A stretch of DNA of 64,000 nt from Fonticula alba ATCC 38817 (taxonomy: Eukaryota; Protista; Nucleariida): NCBI GenBank assembly GCA_000388065.2, contig KB932203.1. One strand, 5' to 3'. The notes below the pieces were generated by a model. That model was not told where the DNA came from. It did no database searches and saw nothing but the letters and a program-made list of their open reading frames with translations. Below, piece after piece: positions 35,953-47,977 of this stretch. Made by a program: the position numbers and the translations under genes. Positions within the stretch are counted from its first letter, which is position 1. The number at the start of each line of letters is the position of its first letter.

Positions 35953-37971
35953 GCTCTTGTGCCGCGCGGCCGGCTTGGGGGTATTCATGTGGAGATGGTG
36001 GGCGGCGTACGGATCTGGCACCAGGACTCCGAGGCCACCGGGTCGGCGTCCCGCTGTTCCTCGGGCGTGAGACGCAGGAACTGAACCACACGCTCGCGGA
36101 TTCGGATGTACTCGTCTCTGTGTGGCGAGAGCAGCGAGCAAGGGGAGGAAAAGGAAAGAGAAGGAAAAGGCATGGGCCCCGCCCGGCGGCCGGATCCGGA
36201 GTGACGAAGGGTGGGTGTCAGCAATCGGCCCGAAATGTTTGTCCCCCTGCCGCCCCCCCCGGAAGAGCACACGTCTGAACTTTTGTTCCGGCTTTCGATG
36301 GCGGCAAACTCGAGGCGAGGACGCGGGACTGGCTTCGCAAATGCACACGCACAGCCGGGCGGCCCAAGTGTCGCGACGGGCCTCCACTGTGTCGGACCAC
36401 TGGTCCAGGCCAAGGAGGAAAGGCCAGGCCAGGCGCCGGGCATCCTCATCACAGCCCTGGAATGTGCACACGCAGCCACGCACAGCCATGCACATCGATG
36501 CATCGGTAGACTGGTCAGTCAAGGTGGCCACAGGAGGAGAGGAGGAGGAGGAGGGGGGGGGGGGAAGGGCAAAGCAGAGGAGGAGGGAACATCAGGCGCA
36601 CCCAGTAGTAGATGGTCCGCAGAAGGTGGTTCTTTTCCAGGGAGGTGACCGGACCGCCGGCGATGGCCCGTTCAATGGCCTCCCGCTTGAGCGACCGGTG
36701 GGGCTGTGCATGCAAGCGCGAGGGTCTGCCCTGAGTGTGCCCCTCCATCTGGCGGATCAGGTCTCCGAGCAACGAGGGCTGGACATCGGGCACGGCCTGT
36801 GCCACAAGGAGGGAGGCAGGTTAGAGGCAAGGGCGCGAGGGAGAGGGGGCAAGTGTGTATGCGTCGTGGGCATGGACATGGGCATGCTGGCGCAGCAGAG
36901 GGGAAGGGGAGAATGCCACAAAGGCCGACACACCTCCTGGAAGCCGAAGGGATAGTCATCTGGGTGGAAGGGCACCTGGTGGTGGGCGGTCAGGCTGCTG
37001 GGGACCGAGGCGGTCCCGGGCCCGGCCACGCTCGCCATCTCGGGTGTCTCGTCCATCACAATCCACTGGTCATCGAGGTCCCCCGGGGGGATGATGTAGC
37101 CCGGCTGCTGGGGCCCGGCCGGCATCGGGGCCCCCGAGTGGCTGGAGTGGAGTCCGGCCAGGAAGTCCCGACGCCGGTGGTTTGCCCGTTCCGACAGCGA
37201 GTTAATGGTGTAATGGATGTCCATGTAGTCTGCCGGGGCAGGGCGAGCCCATGGTCAGTAAGGGGGGCGGGGAGGGGGGGGGGGGGATGGCGGCCAAGGG
37301 GCGGGGGATGGCGGCCCCATATGCGCACCGAGATTCTCCTTGGCGTGGGCGGCCATGTCGGAGAACTTCTTGAAGAGGGCCTTCGGCGAGGCGGGGATAT
37401 TCCGTGCATGGAGGCGTCGCTGGTGCTGGTCCAGCAGCTGGCTCAGCGAGGGCCGACCCTGGTACATGAGGGGGAAGTCGGGGCGCTTGCTGCGGGAGGG
37501 GCTGCCATTGGGGGCGGTCGGGAGGGACAGGGCCGGGAAGTCGTGCTCCGTCAGCGGGCAGGTGCTGGGCGACCGGGGGGTGCCCTCCTTGAGGAATTCA
37601 AACAGCAGGGCCAGGAAGATGTGCGAAGAGAGGACCGGATCCACGATGACCGTGGATTGGTCCACCTCCAGAGGGCTGCTTGCCGGGCAGATGATGTTAT
37701 CCTCGAAGGTGCCCACTTGATAGTCGGGGTACACCAGGCGCAGGGTGTCCACCCGGGCGCGCAGGTCGCCGATGATTTGGAAGGTCGGCAGGCCAGGGCC
37801 GGGGCCGGCTGCCAGGAGGACCAACTCATGCAGGGGGACAAAGGAGGCGGCTGGGTCCGGGGTGGTGGGCGCCTCGGAGGCTGCCTGTCGGATGTGGATG
37901 GATGTGATGCGATTCAGAGGAACGGACAGGTCTGCCGGGTGGCCATCTTGGGGTGCCGGGGGTGGATCCAA
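34163..37971 (-). CDS. TBC-domain Rab GTPase-activating protein (TBC1D15/17, Gyp7-like); multi-exon, 5' end unresolved at gap 38118-38350
   Basis: Spliced segments DARRLAWPFLLG, KDIERTDRNQTYF (Arg finger), DVGYTQGMNDWLSP (Gln finger), AETFWLFHAIM, LFCYRWVLVCLKRELPWADFLRVWE and NFFLLIAVAYL. Stop at 34163. The subfamily call is inferred. Confidence 0.9.
34850..35104. repeat. About 65-bp direct repeat (34850-34914 and 35039-35104) flanking a 124-bp AT-rich spacer, inside TBC intron 34794-35138
   Basis: GGATGAGAAGGCGGGTGGAGGGGGGAAGGTGCGCTTCTTCGCCAGGTGGTC plus a C run occurs twice. The spacer is about 30% GC by my count. Confidence 0.9.
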
Positions 37972-40900
37972 GCGCGAGGGGGGTCTCTCTCGGTGTCAGC
38001 CAGGCTCGGAGGCATGGGAGAGGTGCTGGGATCGCGAGGGAGGGGCAAGAGGGGAATTGCCCATGGAGGGGCGAATGGGTGGATGGGTGGGCGGAGGTGG
38101 GCGGAGGTGGGCGGGGGNNNNNNNNNNNNNNNNNNNNNNNNNNNNNNNNNNNNNNNNNNNNNNNNNNNNNNNNNNNNNNNNNNNNNNNNNNNNNNNNNNN
38201 NNNNNNNNNNNNNNNNNNNNNNNNNNNNNNNNNNNNNNNNNNNNNNNNNNNNNNNNNNNNNNNNNNNNNNNNNNNNNNNNNNNNNNNNNNNNNNNNNNNN
38301 NNNNNNNNNNNNNNNNNNNNNNNNNNNNNNNNNNNNNNNNNNNNNNNNNNCTCTCTCTCTCTCTCTCTCTCTCTTTCCCACGCAATCCTTGGTTCCAGGC
38401 TCCGCGCGACCAAGAGACGGAGGCGAGCCCGCCGGGGGTGGCTAGCGGCGGGGTCCGGCGACGGTCGCGGATCAGGACCGGATCTCGTGTGCCCCTTCCG
38501 GCCGAGCAGATGGCAACACAGGGCGGGGGGGGGGGCGGGGCACAGACACGGCCCATCTTCTTTGCCGCGATCATCCCCTGCCGGGGTGCGTGGAGGACAG
38601 GCGCCAGCACGCACGGGTCGTTGCCGAATGTGGGCGTTGCCCAATCAGGACCGGGGTGGATCATGCCATGTGATCTCGTTCTTCACGTGCCGGACGCACC
38701 GATGGGATCACGCCACAGGGCTCCATTTAGCATCGCCAGTGATCGGCGAACGCGCTCCGCGCTTGCCCGGGCGGCTCCTCGTCGTTCCGGGGCTCCCGCC
38801 TGTGCGGTTCGTCTCCGATGCGAGCACCCCCCCCCCCCGCCCCCCCTAAGCAGGGGATCCTTGTCTTTGTCCTCCTCCGCCCCCCTGTGGCACGGTGGGT
38901 CTTTGGCCCTGTCCGGCGTTTATCCATTATTGACAACAGCTCGCCGGCTTCGGGCGCCCCGACTTGCCGAGGGGCGGGCGGGCGGGCGGGCGGGCAGACA
39001 AAGGGAGAAGCGTCGACCACCGTCCCCGCGGTAGCCCAGTCTGGCCCGCGGGGTGCGGCCGGCGGCCGGGGCGGGGGCTGAGACCGGTGGCCGGGCTGGG
39101 CCAGGCTGGGCCGGGCCGGTGGCCGGATGGATGGATGGATAGGTGAATGCGCGGGGACAGCGCACGCACACGGTAAGGCAGGCGTATCTGTCTGTCCAGG
39201 TCCCGCGCACGCGCTCTGTGTGCGCGTTGGCCTGAGCGTGGCTCCCCGTTCTCCCCTCCCGCGCCCCCCCCGATGCACGGATCAGACATGGCGCGAAAGC
39301 CCCCCGCTCTCACTGGGAGCAGGGCGGCAGAGCCTTGGTTCGGGCGTCAGGGGGGGGGGGGGGGACAACGCAGGCCTCGGCACACAGGCGGATCGGGATG
39401 GGCCCGGCGCCGGGGCAGAGGGGTGTCCGATCATGTCGGGTCGCCCGCCGTGCCACCCGCTTGGGCCTGCTTCCAGGCGGGCGCACCCGGCCTGGGGGNN
39501 NNNNNNNNNNNNNNNNNNNNNNNNNNNNNNNNNNNNNNNNNNNNNNNNNNNNNNNNNNNNNNNNNNNNNNNNNNNNNNNNNNNNNNNNNNNNNNNNNNNN
39601 NNNNGAGCTCTCGGGACTGGTGGGCAGGGAGAGGGGGCGGGGGGGGGGGGGCGACATTATTCAACACTTGAAGGGAGCCGGCGAACGGAGAACGGCCGGC
39701 GAGGGCGGGGCGGCCGGGAAGGAACGACCCGGCCGTGCGGCTCTTCTGCTGGCGCACGGGCGTGGCCCCCCCCTCCCCTGCCGTTGAAGGGCGATCGGCC
39801 GCCGTGTTTTCTCCGGCTCTGGGCCCGCCCATTCTCCGGTCTCTTGTGTCCCCCGGGCACGGACCCTCCGGCAGGGGGAGGGGCGGGGGCCCAGGGGGGC
39901 GGCCGCCCGTGCATCCGCGCGCCCTGGCCCGCGCGCCGCCCCTGCCAGCCCCCCCCTCCGGGCCGCAACTGACGGCCAGTATGGGCCTTCTCAAAAATGT
40001 ATGTGGCATCGTGGGCGTGCCGGCACGCGCGGGAGCAGGCTCATGTCGCGCCCCTCTCGAGAGGCTGGCGGCGGCTTCCGGCGGGGGCGGCCTTCCGCGC
40101 GCACATGTGCCCCTTTGCCTGGCCGTTGAGAGAGGGCAGGCGAGCTCTGGGCACGAACGAAGCCCGCGGGTGGAGGGGGCTGGGGGGGGGGGGGGGGCTG
40201 GCTGGGGGGCGTCCAGGCTCATGGCATCCTTGCTGGCCTGCGAGTCCATCCCCGGCACAGCGAAGGAGGGGGGGCCTCCGTTGGGAGAGTGGATTATATT
40301 GGCAGCGTGTTTTTTTTAATGCGCCCCGCCTTGCACGCCTTGTTATTCGGGGTGGATTGTTGTGATGCCAGCCTCGCCCGCTCCCGTTCCGGCCCGCCTC
40401 CCCCTTCGGAGTTGCCCTTCTGCACGCGCCCGCGTCCACCGCGCGACCCTCCGAGGGCATGAGAGAGCCAGGACCCGCACACACACGTTGTTCATTCGTA
40501 CTCTCGGCCTCCCGACCGTCCGGGCGAGCCGGGCCTGGTTATTCTCCCCGGCGCACTCGATCGATCCTGCCTTGTTGCGCCCCGCGCATCCCTGTGTCGG
40601 CCTCCAATTGTGTCATCATGTGGAGGTGCGCGCGCGCGCGCGCGCGCATGGGTGTGGGTGTGCTACGCCGCTTCGGCCACCGCTGCCTGGGATGCCGGCG
40701 GGAATCCGAGCCCAGGGTGTCTCGCACAAGTACGGCGCCCCCGCAGAGTTTTTCACGCTACGGGGACAGTCTTCGGCCACCTGCGCCGCCTTCCCGGCTC
40801 GGTGGCCGAGGGGATGGGGGGGGGGGGGGGGAGGGGGGGGGGGGGGGGGGGGAGGGGAACAAACGCGGGGCCCTGTTCGCGCTCCGTTGTTGTTTTTTAT

Positions 40901-41601
40901 ATCCGGCCCACCGGGGAAGCGGCACACGGATCGCCGGCCTGCCTGTGTGCCGGATTTGGGCCCAGCGGCTGGCGGGTTGTTCGGCCCCTCCTTCCGCACT
41001 ATTCTTGGCGCGGGAGCCCGCCCCTGACCTGGCTCGACGCCGCCACACCCATCGACCCCCCTCCCCCCCTCGCCCGTCTCCTCCCCCGCCCTGCATATTG
41101 TCTTGCGCATCCCCACGCTCTGCCTCCTTCCCCAGGGTCTCCGCGGCGGCCTCTTTGCCCACATCAGCCTCTTCTCTGGCAGAGTCCGGCCACGCACGCA
41201 CGTACACACACACACACACACACACACATACGCGCGTTTGCACCCCTCCTCTTCGCTCCCCCTACTGCAGCCTCTTTCCCTGCTCCGCGCCCCCCTCCCC
41301 ACCGCTGCTCGTCGGTTTCACCTCCCTGACACCGGCCTGCAGGGGGTGACACGTTTCAAGTCTCCACCCCTCTCCAGAGGGACGGGTATGTCACCAGCTG
41401 GCCTCCTTTTGTCTCGTCCTCCTTGCATGCGCCCACACACTCGCACACATGCCCTCCCGTGCACTGCCAGTGCTTTCTCGCCTCCGCTGCTCCCGGGCCG
41501 CTCATCCTTCGTAGCATAGACGCTCCGCCCCCCCGCCCCCCCGCCCCCCCCCCCCGTGCCCCCTTCCTCGCCCTGCGTGTCATGGCACCTCGCACCAGCC
41601 C

Positions 41602-44600
41602 ATGATGACCACCCACGATAGCACCTCCACCCCGGCGGGCGACATGCACAGGGCTGGGGCCGACGCGCACGCTGGGCCCCGGGACCTCGGGTCTTCGGGC
41701 CTTCCTCCGGCCGGGGATCGGCCCTCGCCGCCGGGACTCGAAGAGGACCGCAGCCCGCCGACATCCAGCAGCGGCCGGAAGCGCTCCTCCGGGGCCTCCT
41801 CCTCTTCCGCCTCTTCAAGTGGCTCGTCGTCCTCCTCCTCCTCCTCTTCCTCTTCCTCGCGAAGCCGCAAGGGCGATTCCTCGTCATCACGCCAACGGCG
41901 GACTTCCAGCCGCGGGTCTTCCTCGCAGGCCGCCGGTCCGATGATGGGCTACGGGCACATGCATCCGATGTACTTGCCGATGATGTCCATGTCCGGTGGG
42001 GTGTACCCGGCGGCAGCCATGGCTCCCACGGACCTAACCGGAGCCGAGCATCATGCCCCAGGGGCGGACAGCGCGGCGGCCAGTCCTCCCGATGGGGGCA
42101 GCGGCCATGCCGAGCCGTCGGATGCCGCCCCCTCTCCGGCTTCCGGTCGGAAGAGCTCCTCCACATCCGCCGACACCGTGCAGCCTGATCCCAACCATCC
42201 CGGTGGCTACTATCTGGTCTCGCCCCATGCGCAATACTATCAGCCCATCCACCCGATGCAGATGCAGATGTACCACCACTACTACTCCACCATGCATCAG
42301 CAGCAGCAGCAGATGATGCAGCAACAGCTGGCCGGCGCCTCGGTCTCTTCATCCTCCTCCGGCCGGAGCTCTCGGCGCTCAGGCCGGTCGAAGTCCGGGT
42401 CCTCCACCGACGGGTCCTCCTCGTCTGGCGGGTCGCGCTCGCGCTCCACTCGATCGCGCCACCGGGCGGATGGCGCGGCAGACCCCTCGGGGGGCACCCA
42501 GTCCCCCCGTTCGCCTGGCGCCGGTGGCCCCGGCGCCGGTGGCAGCAGCACCATGGACTCGACCGGGCTCACGCCTGGCCTCTCGGCTACCGAGATCTTC
42601 CCCCACTCGCCGATCGACCTGCCGACCCACTTCTCCTCCTCCAGTCCCAGCGGCCCGGCCACCACCACCGAGCATGCCGAGCATGCCGAGCATGCCGCCA
42701 TGTCCGAGGAGCTGGACGATCCGGACAGCCCCACGGTGGCCGCTGCCCCTGGGCCCGGTGTGGATGTGGTCATCGCCTCTTCCCCCGGTGCACTTGCCCC
42801 GGAGGCTGACTCACCGATGGACTGCACCTCCCCGGGGCGCGGTTCGTCACAGGCATCGACCCCGGCTCCGGTGGTAGTCGCCTCGAGTGCTCGGCCGGGG
42901 CCCGGCGCAAGGCCGCCGGCTCAGGCCGAGTCACCCACTCCCCGATCCCGGGAGAAGGGATTTTCCTCCTCCTCCATCAAGCATCTGGCCTCCTCCCTGG
43001 CCTCCTCCATCACCAATGCCTTCCCGGCCCCGGGCGGCCATGGGGCCGCCTCGGGAGCCGGACACGAGGCCCCGGCGGCCAGCCAGGATCCCGGCGGGGC
43101 CAATGAGAGCTGGCGGTCGCCGAGTGCCCCGGGCCCCGGTGGCTCCGGTCTTCCGACCACGCGCCCGGGCCGCTCGGGCTCGGTCTCCTCGGCCTCTTCC
43201 AGCGCATCGGTTTCGTCCACCTCCTCCGGATCGTCGTCCACCAGCGCCGCCGCGGCTGATCCCGGTCACCAGCATCATGCCCATGCCGGTGGCACCGGCG
43301 CCGCTGGCGGTCCCAGTGGCAAGAGTGATTTCTCCATCTCCAGCATCTTCCCGAGCTTGATGCCAGGTCGGTCGGGCGACTCGGGCACCAGCGCGCTGGC
43401 CCCTTCCTCGGAGCGATCCTTCTCGGCCACGTCCATCCTGGCGCCCTTCACCACGGCGGTGTCGACCCCGCGCAAGCACCTGTCCATCTTCTACTCGCGT
43501 CGGTCGAATGCCCCGGCCACCAGCGCTTCGGTATGCGGATCCTTGTCCTCTCCTGTTTTCTTCCCCTTCCCCCACCCCCTCCTTCAGTCTTTCCCCGCCT
43601 CCCTGTGTTTCATCCGCTCGCTCGATGTCCGCCCGACTGCCGCCTGCCACTCGACTGACCCATGTCCAACTGCCAGGTCGACTCTTCATCGTGCATGTCC
43701 CCTGGTGAGGAGCAGCCCCCGTCGGTTGCATCGCCCGACCCGAGCTCCAGGTCGCATGATACCGCCTCCATGGTCGGGCCCTTCCCCACCGGGGAGATGC
43801 CTTCTCTGGTTGCCGACGGGCATTCGGGCCCCTCGGCGGACTCCTTCGAAGAGACGGGGACCATTGGCGGCTCCTTTGCCCCGGGGCCGTCGGCGGCAGC
43901 GGTTGCCCTGGCCGCGGCCAGTGCCCCAAACTCGCGGTCCTCCTCACCGCGGCCGAACTTCCCCCGGTATTCGGGGTCCCTGCGGCGGAATTCCTCCTCG
44001 CGCACTACTGCCACCGGCGGCGGCGGCATCACCCGCTCGGACTCCAACTCCTCGCTCGGGAGCATGGCCAACGGGCGCTTCCCTGCGTCCACTGGTTCGG
44101 AGCACATGCGCAAGTCGGCCTCGGTGCAGTCCTTCACCACGGGATCCCTGCCGCATGAAGCTGCTTCGGCCAGCTACTCCGGGCACCATCCGCACCCGCA
44201 TCCGCACCCGCATCAGCACATGCATCAGCACATGCATCCGCAGCAGCATCCGCAGCAGCAGCATCAGCATCCCCACTACCAGCAGCATCCGCAGCAGCAT
44301 CAGCATCCGCAGCAGCACCATCATGCGCGTGGGCCCGGGCTGCCCTCCTCGCCGCGGCACTCAGGGCTCGGGGCCCCGGCGGATGCCTATGCTGGCACCC
44401 CGAGCGGCGCAGGCGGCTACGGCGTGCCGTCGGGTCTCGGGCCACATGATGCCGGGGCTCCGGTTTTCCTGGATCTGCGCCCCTCGTCGCAGCCCGGGGG
44501 CTTTGGCGGGGATTTCGGCCCCTCCGGGCCGGGCACGCCGCAATTTGACTCGGGCCTCGGATTCGGGGCGTCGGCTCGGTCGTCCTTCGATGGCCCGGGG

Positions 44601-44939
44601 CTGACCGAGTCGGCCTCCGCCTCGTCCCTGGCCTCGCCGACATATGGCCCGGGTGGGGGGATGTTCGCTCCGGCCGGTGGTGGGCCCACCTCCGGGCAAG
44701 GTATGGCGACCACGGCCACGGCCCTGGGTGGCCTGGGTGGCGGCACCCCGGTCGACCGGGCATACCACTCGGCCGCCTCGTCGGGCCTGGCCTCGCCGGT
44801 GTTCTGCCCTTCGTCGCCGATTGCCGGGCGCTTTGCCGGGTCCCGACGCCGGTCAAGTGTCAGCTCCATCGCTTCCATCTCCTCGGTGGGGTCGGTTTCG
44901 TCCTTGTCATCGGTCGCCTCGGCCCCGGCGGCCACCGGC

Positions 44940-44984
<45 letters not shown>

Positions 44985-47977
44985 TCCGGTGCCGGTCACT
45001 ACTTGGTGTCGTCCAGTTCGTCTTCCAACATTTGCAGTCAAGCCGGCGTGGCCAAGAGCCGGCATAGCAGCGCCGCCTACTTTGGCACCTCCTCCTCGAC
45101 GCCATCCAGTGCGCGCACCAGTATCGACATTCCCTTTGAGATGGTGGCCGCGGCGGCGGCGTCCTCCTCGGCGGCTGCGGCGGCTGCGGCGGCGGCTGCG
45201 GCGGCGGGGGCGGCGACGGGAGCCCCCGCCCCCGCCGCCGGGGGCTACTCGACACATGCGCCGCACCTGTCGGCCTCGAGTCAGAGCACGGGCCAGAGGC
45301 GCCCGCACGCGGGCCCCGTGTCGAGCGCTCCCAATTGGTTCCAGCGTGGTGTCAACACCCTTAGTGCTGGCTTTAGCCCGGGGTTCCTGTCGCATTCCGG
45401 TGGCCCGGCCAATGACGCCTCGGCCTCGGGTGCCATGCCTCCCGGTGGTGGTGTAGGCCGGTACCCGGCCGGGCATTCGCACGGTCCTCCGGGATCTACC
45501 AACCCCCCTGGGCCGCACGCCTCCGGCCCCAGCGAGCAGTCCTCTGCGCCGACGCAATTCCTGCGCTCCATCTTCGGCCTGATTGGCTCGGTATGTTTTG
45601 CGGCGCTCTTTTGCTGCCCCCTCTCCTATCCCGGGCTTTTTCGCCTGCCCCCCCCCCTTTTGCCGTCTGGTGTGAAGTTCTTGCCGTTTGCCGAATCGTA
45701 TCTCACCCTCCCGGTTCGCCCTCTCGCTTTGCCCCTCTTCCTCGGACAGGATGCCGGGCAGGGTGGCATGCACGCGCCGGCCGGTCATCACCCGGCCGGA
45801 GGCGCCGGGGCTGGCATGCCGCCGGGACATGGGACCGGGCCCGGCACCGAGCACCATCCCCCTGGGCGGCCCTCGCGCAGCATCATCATCGACAAGATCC
45901 AGGAGTATAGCCGGCGGATTTCCGTGCATACCAGCCGCCTGGGCGCCCAGCTGAATGAGGGCCCCTGGAGCCATAGCAGCCGGCGGGGGTCTGGATTGGG
46001 GCAGAACGGCACCGAGGACCATCCGCCTTCGACGCACGGGGGCCCCTCCTTCGAGCGGGCGCACGCGGCCTTCAGCGAAATCCGCCAGCGTTTGACAACC
46101 CTGCTTCAGCCGGTCATCGACTTTGGTTCCGATGATGAGCCGCCCTCGGTCGACCGGTTGTCCCTCCTGTCGGAGGATGAGCTGAACCACCTGTATGATC
46201 AGCTGTCGTTGCTGGATTACCCGGCCGTGGAGTCGGACCGGGCTGGCGGAAGCGGTGGCCGTGCGTCGGCCCCGGGCAAGGGGACCGTCTCCTTCGGTCC
46301 CCCCTCGGCTCCGGTCCCCATCCCGGCGACGCACGGTGGCCCTGCTGGCGGCTACTCTACAGCGGCCACGTCCGGGATGGGTCTTCCGCCGGGGCACCCG
46401 GCACATGTCCCGGATCCACGGCAGCCATACCACCATGGGCCGGTGAGTGTGCCGCCACACAAGGGTGTCCCGCCGCAGTCCGAGTACCACCACCAGCATC
46501 AGCAGCATCAGCAGCATCAGCATCAGCATCAGCACCAGCACCAGCAGCAACAACAGCAGCAACACCAGCAGCAACAGCAGCAGCATCAGCAACAGCAGCA
46601 TCCCTCTTCGAGCCAGGGCCCACCTCAGTACCCGGTGTCTGGGCTGACTGCCGTATCGGCCCCGGAGCACTTCTCCCCGGCCGAGTACCACAACCCGTGG
46701 GGGTCCTTTGGTGCGACTTCAAGCGGGGATGTGGCGCCGGGTCGCACGTCGGGCAGCCACCCAGGCGGTTTCGCGGGTCCGTCCTCGGACCCGAGCCTGG
46801 TCCCCGGCCCTCCGATCGAAACCTGGCCCACGGCCGGGGACCCGGCTTACTATGTGGTCCCGCCGGGCGACCCATCAGCCGCGGGCCTGGCTCCCCCGCC
46901 CTCGGTTGAGCTCTCGCTGGATCCCTCAGTGCGTCTTGGTGCCCTCGCCTGCGCGTGCCTTGTCATGCATCTTGTCCGCTGCTTCCTCTGGCACACATCT
47001 GACAACCTGCTTTCCCGCTCCTCCGTCCTCCCTTTCCCCCCTTTCTCGGTCCTTTCTCCTCCCCCCTCCCCCCCTCCTCCCCCTCCCGACTCAACTCGCA
47101 GCACCAGCGCCACCATCCCTTCCCGGACCCGGCACGTGCTGTCCTCTTCGACCCGACGCACCCGGACCCCGGAGCCGGGTATGCGGTGGGTGGCCCTGGC
47201 ATGGCGGACTTCGCGGGCAGCATGCTGGAGCCGTCCATCTCGCCGAGCTTCTCCGGCGGCGTTGGCCCGCCGCAGCTCCACTCCTCCCCCTCGCAGGGGA
47301 GCGGCTATGGGTCTTTCATCCAGCCGATGGCCCTGGACAGCGACTTCCAGTATGATGCCTTTACCTTTGAGCCGTTCCCCGTGGCCGGCCCCGGTGGTGG
47401 GCCTGATCCTGGCCCTGGTGGCGGGGGCGGCGGCGGCGGCACCGGTGACAGCCGTGTTGATGATGGGCTGGTTGGCGGGGACTTTGGGCCGACAGGCCCG
47501 GGGGATCCGCGACATCTGCTCCCGCCGCCGCCGCCGCCGCCGCCGCCACCGCCGCCGCCGCTGCCGCCCTTCCCCTCCGAGGGGAATCGCGGTCACCTTG
47601 GCCCGGCGGCATCCACAGGCGGCGGGCACTTTGTCGGGGGGTTCCCCGGCGCCGACAAGAACACCACAGCTGGGGGGGATTTTTTTCAGTTCGGCGCGGC
47701 CCTGAGTCAGCTTCGTACCACGAGCGCTAGCTTGACTCGGCTCCCGCGCCACCTGCTCCCCCCGAATGCCCCACTGCTCGTATTGTTCCCGGGTCCCGGA
47801 AGCGCTTTGTCCCGGCCTACTTTGTCCGGCGCCTGCCCGAGGGGATGGCCCTCCGGCCGGCTGGCTGGGCTCTGGTCCTGGCGCCCGAGGGTGCCGATGG
47901 CCCGGCCCCGGCCCCGGCCCCGGCCCCGGCCCCGGCCTCGACATCGGTATCTCCCCCGCCGGTGGCCGGGTGCGTAA
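41602..47977 (+). CDS. Very large Ser/Gly/Pro/His/Gln-rich, mostly disordered protein of unknown function; join(41602..43530,43677..45590,45750..46928,47102..about 47760 or 47977)
   Basis: Three phase-0 GT-AG introns (GTATGC, GTATGT and GTGCGT donors with branch motifs). Coding-like codon use throughout. One short helical segment (IIDKIQEYSRRI...LSEDELNHLYDQLSLLDY). No domain recognised, and the 3' end is ambiguous. Confidence 0.7.

Noticed and set aside
47680-47730. Programmed -1 frameshift at T TTT TTT as the link between the two large ORFs
   Set aside because: The -1 frame terminates at TAG 47728 before reaching the downstream ORF.
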